From NCBI GenBank assembly GCA_022763285.1, contig JALEHB010000252.1:3502-67501 (forward strand): a stretch of 64,000 nucleotides of DNA. The letters run 5' to 3'. Source of the DNA: Pseudomonadales bacterium. GTDB lineage: Bacteria; Pseudomonadota; Gammaproteobacteria; Pseudomonadales; Pseudohongiellaceae. The notes below the pieces were generated by a model. The model searched no databases and was not told the DNA's origin. It saw only the letters and a list, made by a program, of their open reading frames with translations. Shown piece by piece: positions 9,389 to 19,922 of the stretch; the stretch's first letter is position 1, and every line of letters begins with the position of its first letter. A program made the translations under genes and the position numbers.

Positions 9389-9544
9389 ATGGCTGACAAA
9401 ATCATAGATTTCGAACGGCAACGGGAAAACCATGTGCACAAGCGCAAACAAGCCCGTGTCGATGCCCTGCGTCAGGCCTTCCGGCGGGCGCGGGCAGGGC
9501 AGCCAGGCGGTGCTGCCGCCGGCAAGAGCAAGCGCCGCAAATAA
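9389..9544 (+). CDS. Possible small basic protein (51 aa)
   Basis: ATG lies 3 nt after the lipoprotein stop. Translation: MADKIIDFERQRENHVHKRKQARVDALRQAFRRARAGQPGGAAAGKSKRRK. No clear SD and no family recognised, so this is speculative. Confidence 0.25.
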   Translation: MADKIIDFERQRENHVHKRKQARVDALRQAFRRARAGQPGGAAAGKSKRRK

Positions 9545-9745
9545 GCCCTCAAGCCGGGCCCGCCGCTCTGGTGGGTGCGCCTGAAAAAATCCCCTGAAAA
9601 CCGCGTGTTGTGGCACTTGCAGCGCTGCCATCGTGCTTTGTTTAGCGTTGGTGTTGTGATACAGTCCAGCGCTTTGATTTCAAGCAACTATCGCAAATAA
9701 GCTCAAACAACCATCTCAAGCAACCATCGGGGGAGACATAGCTAA

Positions 9746-11875
9746 ATGTCGGGAATAACAATTACAGTAACCACGATTCTGTCACTACTGGGGCTTGGTA
9801 TTGCTTTCTTTTATATGAAGAAAGTCACCAATGTGCCGCTTGACCTTGGACTGGATCAAAAAGACGGAGACAGGCTGAAATTTATCCACGGAGCGATCGC
9901 CCGTGGTGCCATGGCCTTTCTGGCGCAGGAATACAAATTCCTGACTATTTTCATGGTGGTGTTTGCCGCCATCATCGCGATTCTCATCGACGATGCTCAT
10001 ACTCCCGATACCCGCGAAGGTATCTATACAGCCATTGCCTTTCTGTTTGGCGGTGCCATCTCCATTGCTTCCGGTTATATCGGCATGAAGGTTGCCACTC
10101 AGGGCAATGCGCGTACCACAGTTTCAGCCAAGAAAGACATTTCCAGCGCCTTCGACGTCGCCATCAACTCCGGTGCCGTCATGGGTTTTGCGCTGGTAGG
10201 TCTGGCTACCCTGGGACTGGTTATAGTCTACGTGGTGATGAGTGCCCTGTTGTCCGATTTGGGTCCTGAAAACAATCACATCCTGATGGAAGTCATCGCC
10301 GGTTTTGGTCTGGGCGGTTCAACCATCGCCCTGTTTGCCCGTGTCGGTGGTGGTATTTTCACCAAGGCCGCAGATGTGGGTGCCGACCTTGTGGGTAAGG
10401 TTGAGCAAGGTATTCCCGAGGATGATCCCCGTAACCCGGCGGTAATCGCTGACAACGTGGGTGATAACGTGGGTGACGTGGCCGGTATGGGAGCAGACCT
10501 GTTTGGCTCCTGCGCCGAATCGACCTGCGCCGCCATGGTGATCAGTGCGGTTGTATTTGCGGCAGATCCCAATGCGCTGCTGTACCCGATCCTGATCAGC
10601 GCCGTGGGTATCCCCATCAGCCTGATTACCAAGCTGCTGGTTAGTGTAAAAACTGAAGATGATGTGGCACCGGCGCTGATGAAGCTGCTGATTATTTCCA
10701 GTGTACTGATGGGCATTGTCATGTACTTCTTTACCATCGCCCTGATTCCGGATGCCTTTGAGCTGGGTGGTGAAACCTATAGCAATATGGGTGTTTACCT
10801 CTGCTTCCTGTCGGGCCTTGTGGCCGGACTGGCCGTGGGTCTGTTGACCGGTTACTACACTTCGGAAAACTATGACCCGGTGAAAGAGGTTGCCCGCTCC
10901 TGTGAAACCGGTGTGGCTACCAACATCATTTATGGCCTGGCGCTTGGCTACAAGAGTACAGTGCTGCCCTATCTGGCTATCGCTGTCAGTATCTTTGTAT
11001 CCTGGGATCTGGCTGGCATGTACGGCGTGGCAATCGCCTCGTTGGGTATGTTGGGTACGCTGGTGATTGCGCTGACAATCGATGCCTACGGTCCTGTTGC
11101 TGACAACGCCGGTGGTATTGCCGAAATGGTCGGTCTGGAAAGTGAAGTGCGTCGTCGTACCGATATCCTGGACTCCGCCGGTAACACCACTGCGGCAATC
11201 GGTAAGGGTTTTGCAATCGGTGCCGCGATTCTGACCTCCCTGGCCCTGTTTGCAGCCTTCATTACCGCAGCATCGACCCTGATGGGAGAGCCCATCACCA
11301 TGAGCCTGCTGGATCCGATTGTTTACACCAGCCTGTTCATTGGTGCGGTACTGCCATTCCTGTTTACCGCCATGACCATGAAGTCGGTTGGTAAGGCTGC
11401 ATTCGACATGATCGAAGAAGTGCGCCGTCAGTTCAAAACCATTCCAGGCATCATGGAAGGTACTGGTGAGCCTGACTATGCCGAGTGTGTCGCCATCTCG
11501 ACCAAGGCTGCTCTGCGGGAAATGATTGCACCGGGTGTCCTGATCATGGGCACACCTCTGGTAGTCGGCTTCCTGTTTGGCGTTGAGGCGGTTGCTGGCG
11601 TATTGGCCGGTTCACTCGTCGCCGGTGGTGTACTCGCCATCGCCTCATCCAACAGCGGTGGCGCCTGGGATAATGCCAAGAAATATATCGAGGCCGGTAA
11701 TCTGGGTGGCAAGGGCTCTGAGGAGCACAAGGCTGCCGTGGTTGGTGACACTGTGGGCGATCCGCTCAAGGATACTTCCGGTCCTTCACTGAATATCCTG
11801 ATCAAGCTGTCTGCCATTCTGAGTCTGGTTTTCGCACCATTCTTTGTTCAGTATGGTGGTATTCTGCTGGGCTAA
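9746..11875 (+). CDS. hppA: Membrane-integral pyrophosphate-energised cation pump (K+-dependent-type M-PPase)
   Basis: 709 aa and multi-TM. Diagnostic motifs are present: [38 protein letters not shown] and [14 protein letters not shown]. Confidence 0.93.
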   Translation: MSGITITVTTILSLLGLGIAFFYMKKVTNVPLDLGLDQKDGDRLKFIHGAIARGAMAFLAQEYKFLTIFMVVFAAIIAILIDDAHTPDTREGIYTAIAFLFGGAISIASGYIGMKVATQGNARTTVSAKKDISSAFDVAINSGAVMGFALVGLATLGLVIVYVVMSALLSDLGPENNHILMEVIAGFGLGGSTIALFARVGGGIFTKAADVGADLVGKVEQGIPEDDPRNPAVIADNVGDNVGDVAGMGADLFGSCAESTCAAMVISAVVFAADPNALLYPILISAVGIPISLITKLLVSVKTEDDVAPALMKLLIISSVLMGIVMYFFTIALIPDAFELGGETYSNMGVYLCFLSGLVAGLAVGLLTGYYTSENYDPVKEVARSCETGVATNIIYGLALGYKSTVLPYLAIAVSIFVSWDLAGMYGVAIASLGMLGTLVIALTIDAYGPVADNAGGIAEMVGLESEVRRRTDILDSAGNTTAAIGKGFAIGAAILTSLALFAAFITAASTLMGEPITMSLLDPIVYTSLFIGAVLPFLFTAMTMKSVGKAAFDMIEEVRRQFKTIPGIMEGTGEPDYAECVAISTKAALREMIAPGVLIMGTPLVVGFLFGVEAVAGVLAGSLVAGGVLAIASSNSGGAWDNAKKYIEAGNLGGKGSEEHKAAVVGDTVGDPLKDTSGPSLNILIKLSAILSLVFAPFFVQYGGILLG

Positions 11876-11890
11876 TTCAGTCAGAGAAGC

Positions 11891-11917
11891 AAAAAGGGGC
11901 CTTATGGCCCCTTTTTT
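11891..11917. terminator. Bidirectional rho-independent terminator between convergent hppA and the 12029-12547 gene
   Basis: AAAAA-GGGGCC-TTAT-GGCCCC-TTTTTT. A perfect 6-bp GC stem is flanked by an A-run and a T-run. Confidence 0.75.
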
Positions 11918-12028
11918 GTGCCTGACCTGTCCTGAATAGTGTTGACACTTTTTAGTCACATGATTGGAGGATGTTGTGGACTCTGGTGTGAAGCGTACCC
12001 AGAAGGATTATTCCCTGTCTGAGCAGGA

Positions 12029-12547
12029 TCAGGGCTGCCGGGACTCAAAATGAAACAGGACCCATTCTTCCTTCTGATGCCGGGTATTGCTGTCCAGATC
12101 AGTCCAGCTGGTGATAACGGTCTCCACGCACTGATAGATACGAAAAGAGTCAGTATCTTCAATAATAAGGCCGCGCACTGAAGGGTTGAGGGTATAGTTG
12201 GAGATTTCTGCCAGTCGCCAGTTGTCTGCCAGGCTGCGGCTGACACAATCGTCATTGCTCAGCAGGTCGATATAGGCAAGATCAGTTTCGGCATAGCGGC
12301 CGGGCTGGATATCCAGTTCCAGATCCATGCCGACGGCCGAGTCGGGCTCACCGTCCTTGAGAAACAGGATGGAATGCAGGCGGAGCCGTTGCGGCGTCTG
12401 GTTATTGACCACAAGCCGCATACCGTCATTGGTATTGGCACCCCAGGCACGGGAATAGATGGCGAACTTCAGATCAGATTCTTCCTGTGTCTCGGCGGCA
12501 AAGCCAGCACCGGCCAGGAAGCACACAGACAATATCAAATAGCGCAT
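12029..12547 (-). CDS. Hypothetical secreted protein
   Basis: 172 aa with an N-terminal signal peptide (MRYLILSVCFLAGAGFA-AE). No family recognised. Confidence 0.55.
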   Translation of the reverse strand: MRYLILSVCFLAGAGFAAETQEESDLKFAIYSRAWGANTNDGMRLVVNNQTPQRLRLHSILFLKDGEPDSAVGMDLELDIQPGRYAETDLAYIDLLSNDDCVSRSLADNWRLAEISNYTLNPSVRGLIIEDTDSFRIYQCVETVITSWTDLDSNTRHQKEEWVLFHFESRQP

Positions 12548-12570
12548 GGACTCAATTCTAGCGACGGTAG

Positions 12571-13506
<936 letters not shown>

Positions 13507-13548
13507 GCCTTCCCCGAAGCTCGGGGAACGGACAAGGTTTGATACGAG

Positions 13549-13600
13549 TTTAAGAAGAGCTCAAGAAGAGTTTAAGAAGAGTTCAAGAAGAGTTTAAGAA
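13549..13600. repeat. 11-bp tandem repeat, about 4.7 copies (TTTAAGAAGAG / CTCAAGAAGAG / TTTAAGAAGAG / TTCAAGAAGAG / TTTAAGAA)
   Basis: Read directly from the intergenic sequence between apbC and the AGCS symporter gene. Confidence 0.95.
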
Positions 13601-13680
13601 TAACCGGCAATTCTGCCGGACCCGGAATCATTGGCTCGGCGATGACAGGGCTGTGAACAGAGCAATGAATTCCGGATTAT

Positions 13681-15375
13681 GTGACAACTGCCTGGGGATT
13701 TAATGTGGATGCAGTAAATGATTTTCTGATTTTTCTGGATGGCTTTCTGGGGAGTGCCATCTGGTTTCCTACCCTGTTGCTGGCGACAGGTATCTTTTTC
13801 ACTCTCTATCTGGGCTTTCCCCAGATTCGTTATTTCAAACATGCTATTGGTGTTACCACCGGCAAGTTCGACAAGGAAGGTGCGCCGGGGGATACCAGTC
13901 ACTTTCAGGCCCTGTCCACGGCACTGTCGGGTACAGTCGGAACCGGCAATATTGGTGGTGTAGCACTGGCCTTGCACCTCGGTGGTCCCGCGGCCCTTTT
14001 CTGGATGTGGATGACCGCGTTTTTCGGTATGACCAGCAAATTTGTGGAGGTGACGCTCTCACACAAATACCGCAGCCAGGTTGAAGATGGCTCCATGGCC
14101 GGTGGTCCCATGTACTACATGGAAAAGGGCCTGAATGCCAAATGGCTGGCGATTATCTTTGCCGTTGCCACGGTGCTCAGTTCATTCGGCACCGGAAATC
14201 TGCCACAGATTAACAGTATTGCCTCCGGCCTTGAGAGCACCTTTTCACTGGATCCCCTGATCACCGCCAGTGTACTGTCCATTCTGCTGGCCCTGGTGAT
14301 CATTGGCGGTATTTCCCGCATCGCCCATGTTGCCGCCGCCATTGTGCCTTCCATGGCGCTGATCTATCTGATCGGGGCCTTTGCCGTAATCATTCCCAAT
14401 ATCGGCAATGTGGTGCCGTCCTTTCTGTCCATCTTCAGTGACGCCTTTACCGGTTCGGCCGCTACGGGTGGTTTCCTGGGGGCTACTTTTGCCTACGCTT
14501 TTGATCGGGGTGTAAACCGCGGGCTTTATTCCAATGAGGCAGGGCAGGGCTCAGCCCCTATTGCCCACGCTGCTGCGCGGACCGATGAGCCTGCGGACGA
14601 AGGCATGGTATCGATTCTGGAACCCTTTATTGACACCATTGTTATCTGCACCATCACCGGCCTGGTCATTCTGTCTTCTGGCGTGTGGATGGATAAATTC
14701 GAAAACGAATTTCAGCGGGCGGATATGAGTATTGTCGCTGGCAGTTATCAGGAATCCGACAGCAGCGATGTGGAAGCCCTGTTTTCCTATCTCAGTGGTG
14801 ATGAGTCCACTGTGCAGGCCTATACCGGTCCCTTGCAGTTGGATAACGGAGTCGCTCAAGACGAGGGGACGATTACTATTCTGCATGCGAGATCCTTTGC
14901 AGAAAACGTGCGCTTCAGCCGTGATGGACAGCTCCTGACCGAAACCGTGCAGGTGGATGACGGGCAACTTGTGGATACGGATATTGTGGTCACTGGCGAT
15001 TCCCTGTTGCATTCGGTGCCACTGACGACCCAGGCCTTTACCCGGGGTCTGTTTGGGGATTATGGGCAATACATCGTTTCTATCGGTCTGATGCTGTTCG
15101 CCTTCTCCACCGCCATTGCCTGGTCCTATTACGGAGACCGGGCCATGACCTATCTGTTTGGCGCCCGGTCGGTATTGCCCTATCGAATCGTCTATGTGTT
15201 GGGCTTTTTCTACGCGGCGCTGGCCGACACCACCATTGTCTGGAATGTCTCCCTGATCACCATTGTGCTGATGACCGCGCCAAACCTGGTAGGTCTGTTA
15301 CTGATGCGTAAGGAGATGAAGCAGACGGTAAACGAGTACTGGGAAAAAACCGAGCACGGAAAACACGGCACCTGA
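13681..15375 (+). CDS. Alanine/glycine:cation symporter (AGCS family)
   Basis: 564 aa and multi-TM. The N-terminal pattern [31 protein letters not shown] and the later motif [19 protein letters not shown] are typical of AGCS. The track start is GTG 13681; GTG 13705 has a better SD (GGGGA with a 6-nt spacer). Confidence 0.87.
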   Translation: MTTAWGFNVDAVNDFLIFLDGFLGSAIWFPTLLLATGIFFTLYLGFPQIRYFKHAIGVTTGKFDKEGAPGDTSHFQALSTALSGTVGTGNIGGVALALHLGGPAALFWMWMTAFFGMTSKFVEVTLSHKYRSQVEDGSMAGGPMYYMEKGLNAKWLAIIFAVATVLSSFGTGNLPQINSIASGLESTFSLDPLITASVLSILLALVIIGGISRIAHVAAAIVPSMALIYLIGAFAVIIPNIGNVVPSFLSIFSDAFTGSAATGGFLGATFAYAFDRGVNRGLYSNEAGQGSAPIAHAAARTDEPADEGMVSILEPFIDTIVICTITGLVILSSGVWMDKFENEFQRADMSIVAGSYQESDSSDVEALFSYLSGDESTVQAYTGPLQLDNGVAQDEGTITILHARSFAENVRFSRDGQLLTETVQVDDGQLVDTDIVVTGDSLLHSVPLTTQAFTRGLFGDYGQYIVSIGLMLFAFSTAIAWSYYGDRAMTYLFGARSVLPYRIVYVLGFFYAALADTTIVWNVSLITIVLMTAPNLVGLLLMRKEMKQTVNEYWEKTEHGKHGT

Positions 15376-15383
15376 TCGCGAGA

Positions 15384-17099
15384 TCAGGCCGGGTTTTCCG
15401 TTCCGCTTGTTGTCTTGTCAGGCTCGCCGGGCAGGCGAATATCTTCAACGATATTCTGTACTGCTTCGGGCGGGTCATCGGCAAAGCGTGCCACTGTCAG
15501 AGCTACCATGAGATTGATCAGGGTGCCCATTGTGCCGATTCCTTCCGGTGAAATTCCAAACAGCCAGTTTTCGGCATTGTCTGCTGCCGGATTAATAAAG
15601 CGAAAGTAAATGATATACAGTGCTGTGAAGCTGAATCCAGCGATCATGCCGGCGATAGCCCCTTCCTTGTTCATGCGCTTGTTGAAGATTCCCAGCACGA
15701 TGGCGGGGAAGAATGACGCCGCCGCCAGGCCAAAGGCAAAGGCCACCACCTGGGCCACATAAGCCGGTGGATTGATGCCAAAATAGCCAGCAATCAGCAC
15801 GGCCACAAAAATCGCCATGCGTGCATAACGCAGTTCCTGCTGCTCGCTGATATCGGGCATAAAGCTGCGCTTCATCAAGTCATGGGAAACTGCCGTGGAG
15901 ATTACCAGTAACAATCCGGCAGCAGTGGAGAGGGCGGCTGCCAGGCCGCCCGCAGCCACCAGGGCGATGACCCAGGCTGGCAATCCTGCAATTTCCGGGT
16001 TGGCCAGCACCATGATATCGCGATTAACATCCAGTTCATTGACCTCGGGATCGCCGACATACTGAATCCGCCCGTCGCCGTTCTTGTCGGTAAAACTGAT
16101 CAGATTGGTGGCTTCCCAGGTGGTAAACCATTCCGGCACTTCGGTGTACTCGATATTGTCGACGGTATTGATGAGATTAGTGCGGGCAAAGGCAGCCACT
16201 GCCGGAGCCGTGGTGTAGAGAATAGCGATAAAGATCAATGCAAAACCCGCCGAACGACGTGCATCCCTGACATTGGGGACCGTGAAGAAGCGAATAATCA
16301 CATGGGGCAATCCGGCGGTGCCGAACATCAGGGCTGCGGTAATAAAGAATACATCCTGGGTGCTGCGCTGGCCTTCGGTATAAACCCCGAAGCCGAGCTC
16401 CTCGCTCATGCCGTCGAGGCGGTCAAGCAAGTAGCCACCGCCAAATTCCGGCGTCAGTTCAGATCCGAAACCCAGTTGCGGGACCGGATTTCCGGTCATG
16501 AGTATGGAAATGAAAATGGCCGGTACCATGAAGGCAAAAATCAGTACACAGTACTGGGCCACCTGGGTGTAGGTAATACCTTTCATGCCGCCAAGAACTG
16601 CGTAGAAGAAGACGATGGTCATACCGATGATGACCCCGGTGGTGATGTCCACTTCCAGAAAGCGGGAAAAGACAATGCCGGCACCCTGCATCTGACCGCA
16701 GACATAAACAAAAGATACGGAGATGGCGCAGAACACGGCGATCAGCCGGGCAGTTTTGGAATAATAGCGATCGCCGATGAAATCCGGCACGGTGAACTTG
16801 CCGAATTTGCGCAGATAGGGCGCCAGTAACAGTGCCAGCAGCACATAACCGCCGGTCCAGCCCATCAGATAAAAGGTGCCATCACGCCCGATAAAGGAAA
16901 TGATGCCAGCCATGGAAATGAAGGAGGCGGCAGACATCCAGTCGGCGGCGGTGGCCATGCCATTGGCCAGGGGTGGCACGCCACCTCCGGCAACATAGAA
17001 ATCACTGGTGGAGCCGGCCCGGGACCAGATGGCGATGCCGATATAGAGCCCGAAGCTGAGGATGACGAAAACGAAAGTCCAGATCTGCACGCTCATCAA
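15384..17099 (-). CDS. Sodium:solute symporter family permease (large subunit of a DUF4212-associated SSS transporter)
   Basis: 571 aa. The N-terminus FYVAGGGVPPLANGMATAADWMSAASFISMAGII is an SSS signature. It is translationally overlapped (ATGA at 17099-17096) with the small-subunit gene. Confidence 0.87.
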   Translation of the reverse strand: MMSVQIWTFVFVILSFGLYIGIAIWSRAGSTSDFYVAGGGVPPLANGMATAADWMSAASFISMAGIISFIGRDGTFYLMGWTGGYVLLALLLAPYLRKFGKFTVPDFIGDRYYSKTARLIAVFCAISVSFVYVCGQMQGAGIVFSRFLEVDITTGVIIGMTIVFFYAVLGGMKGITYTQVAQYCVLIFAFMVPAIFISILMTGNPVPQLGFGSELTPEFGGGYLLDRLDGMSEELGFGVYTEGQRSTQDVFFITAALMFGTAGLPHVIIRFFTVPNVRDARRSAGFALIFIAILYTTAPAVAAFARTNLINTVDNIEYTEVPEWFTTWEATNLISFTDKNGDGRIQYVGDPEVNELDVNRDIMVLANPEIAGLPAWVIALVAAGGLAAALSTAAGLLLVISTAVSHDLMKRSFMPDISEQQELRYARMAIFVAVLIAGYFGINPPAYVAQVVAFAFGLAAASFFPAIVLGIFNKRMNKEGAIAGMIAGFSFTALYIIYFRFINPAADNAENWLFGISPEGIGTMGTLINLMVALTVARFADDPPEAVQNIVEDIRLPGEPDKTTSGTENPA

Positions 17100-17380
17100 A
17101 TTTCCTCCTCATCACCGGCATGGCCGCCATCATCAACGTTATAGCGGTCATCCAGTTTGTCCATGAGATGGATGTAGACAAAGATCAGAATTACGAAAAC
17201 AAAGATTGAACCCTGTTGGGCAATCCAGAATCCCAGCTTGAAACCGCCAATGCGAATCGTGTCCAGTGCGTCAACGAAGAGAATGCCGCAGCCGAATGAA
17301 ATGAAGAACCAGACGGCCAGGAGAGAGAGAACTATGCGAATGTTGGATTTCCAGTATTCATGGGCTCGGTTCTCAGGCAT
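17096..17380 (-). CDS. DUF4212-type small membrane subunit of the solute:sodium symporter
   Basis: 94 aa with two TM helices. It sits directly upstream of, and overlaps, the SSS permease. The sequence pattern (YWKSNIRIV...GFKLGFWIAQQGSI) fits DUF4212. Confidence 0.78.
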   Translation of the reverse strand: MPENRAHEYWKSNIRIVLSLLAVWFFISFGCGILFVDALDTIRIGGFKLGFWIAQQGSIFVFVILIFVYIHLMDKLDDRYNVDDGGHAGDEEEI

Positions 17381-17555
17381 CGTTCCCCCTTGTTTCTTTG
17401 TTATTGATTTTTGGAGTCTTGCAGGCTGTCATGCCGCTTGTCTTGTTTTTGAACCTGTGCCGTCGGCAAGCTGTCTCTGCAGGCAGGCTTGCCGATGGTA
17501 TCACTTAATCTGAAAAGCGTATAGCGAGCCGGTTGGCACTGAATTCAGCCTGTTT

Positions 17556-18074
17556 TCAGTGACAAACCGACTTCAGATAGTCGCGCAGACGAGACCTGCA
17601 GCTGGCCTGTTTTTCTGCGCTGGCCTTGTGGTAGTTCCTGAGCAGTTGCCTCAGTTTCTGGCGTTCCAGTTGCGGATGCTGCTCCAGCAAGGGCTGGATG
17701 GCCGAATCTCCCTGCTCAAGCAAGGTTTCACAATAGTCATCAATTTCGGATTTTTCACGGGGCTGGCCGACAGTTTGGTGCGCACTCAGGCTGCGCAATC
17801 GCAGCGCTTGTTCTATGGCTTCGGTATCGCAGGCACGAATCAGGCGGCCGATGTACTGCAGTTGGCGTTTCACCGCGCCATGTTTGGGCGGGATGCGCTG
17901 AAATTCTTCAATGGCGGCAAGCAGAGCTTCGCTGAGGGGCAATTCCTGCAAGACTTCAGGGGCAAGAGTGGTGAGGCGCTCCCCCAGTTCCTGTTGGGCC
18001 AGGGCTTCTTTCTTGAGTTGTGTCTTGCTGGGCGCTTCCGGCTCGTCAGCCGAATCGAAATCTTCAAAATCCAT
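17556..18074 (-). CDS. yjgA: Ribosome-associated protein YjgA/DarP (DUF615)
   Basis: 172 aa. Has an acidic N-terminus followed by SKTQLKKEALAQQELGERL...VKRQLQYIGRLIR, typical of YjgA. Confidence 0.8.
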   Translation of the reverse strand: MDFEDFDSADEPEAPSKTQLKKEALAQQELGERLTTLAPEVLQELPLSEALLAAIEEFQRIPPKHGAVKRQLQYIGRLIRACDTEAIEQALRLRSLSAHQTVGQPREKSEIDDYCETLLEQGDSAIQPLLEQHPQLERQKLRQLLRNYHKASAEKQASCRSRLRDYLKSVCH

Positions 18075-18109
18075 GTGTAGTAACCGGATCGCGGCAGAAT
18101 ATTGCCGCG

Positions 18110-19468
18110 TCAGAGATAAAAAGTCTGGGCCAATCCCAGAAAGGCAAAAAAGCCGATGGAGTCGGTAACGGTTGTCAGTGCCACGGAACCGGCCAGTGCC
18201 GGATCTATATTGATTTTTTTCAGGAAAATGGGCAAATAGGCGCCAGCCACGGCGGCTGTAATGAGATTAATCATCATGGCGGCGGCTATGATATAGCTGA
18301 TTTTTACATCGCCGTACCAGAGGAAGGCCACCACCGAGATCACCAGAGCCCAGAGCAGGCCATTGAGGCTGGCAACTCCAAGTTCCCGCACCAGTAACCA
18401 GCGACTGTTGGAAGGACTGATATGGCCCAGGGCGAGACTGCGGATAACCAGGGTGAGCGTCTGGGTGCCGGCCACGCCGCCCATATTGGCCACGATCGGC
18501 ATCAGTACCGCCAGATAAACCACCTGATCGAGGGTGTCCTGAAACAGATAGATCACCAGTGAGGCCAGCACCGCTGTCATCAGATTGACGCCGAGCCAGA
18601 CGGCACGCCGTTTCGCAGTCTTGAAGACCGGTGCAAAGGTATCGTCCTCTTCGTCCAGACCGGCCATGCTCATCAGTGAGTGCTCGGTGCTGTCACGGAT
18701 AACATCCACCACATCATCAATGGTAATCCGGCCCACCAGTTTGCCGTCATTGTCTATCACCGGGGCAGATACCCAGTCGTGCTGCTCAAACAATTGCGCC
18801 ACCTGGGTTGCTTCCATATCAACGGGTATGGGGTGAATGTCCTCGGACAGGATTTCAGAAACAGTGGTATTGGGATCGGAGACCAGCAGGGCCCGCAGCG
18901 GCAGCACTCCCTGCAGTTGATCCTTGCGGTTGACCACCAGAATATTATCGAACATCTCCGGCAGGGATTCATGGCGGCGCAGGTAGCGCAGAACCAGTTC
19001 CACTGTGTGGTTGCGGCGTACCGTAACGGTATCGGTATTCATCAGACCGCCGGCAGTATCCTCGTCATAGGAGAGGATGGACTCAACCCGGTGACGGTCC
19101 TGCTGGTCCATGGCCTGCAGAACTTCGGTGGTGACCTGTTGTGGCAACTGCTGGAGGATGTCAGCCAGATCATCGTCCGCCAGGCCTTCGGTGAGTTCAT
19201 AGACCTGGGCTGCGTTCAACTCGCGCAGGATATCGTTTTGCAGGTCTTCATTCAGGTACTGAATGACCTCGCCCTCGGCGTCCTTGTCAATCAGCTGCCA
19301 GAGCACGCCACGGGTGCGGGGCGGGGAAGATTCCAGCAAGTGGGCAATACCGGCCGTCGGCAGAGTCTTGATCATCTGCCGAACCTGATAGAGTGAGCCG
19401 CTATCGATAGCCTGGGTGAGTTCCAGAACAGGATCGTTGCTGCTTTGTTGTTCTTGTGTCTGGGACAT
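18110..19468 (-). CDS. mgtE: Magnesium transporter MgtE
   Basis: N-domain, tandem CBS region and C-terminal TM domain (TDSIGFFAFLGLA). I take the start at the internal ATG 19468 (MSQTQEQQ...). The track extends to 19555. Confidence 0.9.
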   Translation of the reverse strand: MSQTQEQQSSNDPVLELTQAIDSGSLYQVRQMIKTLPTAGIAHLLESSPPRTRGVLWQLIDKDAEGEVIQYLNEDLQNDILRELNAAQVYELTEGLADDDLADILQQLPQQVTTEVLQAMDQQDRHRVESILSYDEDTAGGLMNTDTVTVRRNHTVELVLRYLRRHESLPEMFDNILVVNRKDQLQGVLPLRALLVSDPNTTVSEILSEDIHPIPVDMEATQVAQLFEQHDWVSAPVIDNDGKLVGRITIDDVVDVIRDSTEHSLMSMAGLDEEDDTFAPVFKTAKRRAVWLGVNLMTAVLASLVIYLFQDTLDQVVYLAVLMPIVANMGGVAGTQTLTLVIRSLALGHISPSNSRWLLVRELGVASLNGLLWALVISVVAFLWYGDVKISYIIAAAMMINLITAAVAGAYLPIFLKKINIDPALAGSVALTTVTDSIGFFAFLGLAQTFYL

Positions 19469-19646
19469 GGCGGCTACCCAATACGGTTTGTCAGGTACAT
19501 GGACTCTACTGGCTGTTGCTTCAGTAGCCAGACAGGCTGCTGAGGGTGGTCGCAAAGGATCCGGAGTTGACGTAATTCTAACGCCAATCGGGTGCTAATA
19601 AAACGCAGTGTTGTGCAAGTTGCGCACTGGAGCTGCCTCGAGGAGT

Positions 19647-19913
19647 TCAGACACCTTCGCCGAAACGGTCTTCGATCAGGGCAACTATGGCCTTGAGGGC
19701 CTTGTCCTCATCATTCCCGTCTACTTCGATATTAAGCTCGGTGCCTTTTACGGCCGCCAGCATCATCAGGGAGAGGATGCTTTTGCCGTCCACCATTTTG
19801 TCGTGGCCAATTTTGATATCACAGTCATACTTGGCAGTGAGTTGGGCCAGCTTCGAGGCCGCCCTGGCATGCAGTCCGGCTTTGTTGATGATGGTGACTT
19901 TCGTTTTCTGCAT
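19647..19913 (-). CDS. ptsO: HPr-family phosphocarrier NPr of the nitrogen PTS
   Basis: 88 aa with the active-site context NKAGLHARAASKL. Conserved position after rapZ. Confidence 0.88.
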   Translation of the reverse strand: MQKTKVTIINKAGLHARAASKLAQLTAKYDCDIKIGHDKMVDGKSILSLMMLAAVKGTELNIEVDGNDEDKALKAIVALIEDRFGEGV

Positions 19914-19922
19914 GACTTGTGC

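Noticed and set aside
9611-9625. TGGCAC...GC sigma-54-like element upstream of hppA
   Set aside because: The GG-N10-GC spacing is correct, but the -12 region reads GCGC rather than TTGC(A/T). There is no enhancer-binding-protein context, so the match is too weak to call.
13549-13600. Tandem repeat considered as a CRISPR-like array
   Set aside because: The units are 11 bp and directly abutting with no spacers, and there are no cas genes. It is a simple microsatellite-like tandem repeat.
13507-13680. Possible glycine riboswitch upstream of the alanine/glycine:cation symporter
   Set aside because: AGCS genes are sometimes glycine-riboswitch controlled, and CCCCGAAGC...GGAACGGACAAGG loosely recalls the CCGAAGG/GGAC elements. 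However, the GGAGAG stems and the second conserved core are missing, and the segment is too short for one aptamer, let alone a tandem pair.
17460-17498. 12-bp-stem hairpin (CCGTCGGCAAGC ... GCTTGCCGATGG, 15-nt loop) between yjgA and the DUF4212-SSS operon
   Set aside because: The structure is real, but no U-tract follows it on either strand, so it is not a canonical intrinsic terminator. I have no further evidence for a function. It is noted only.
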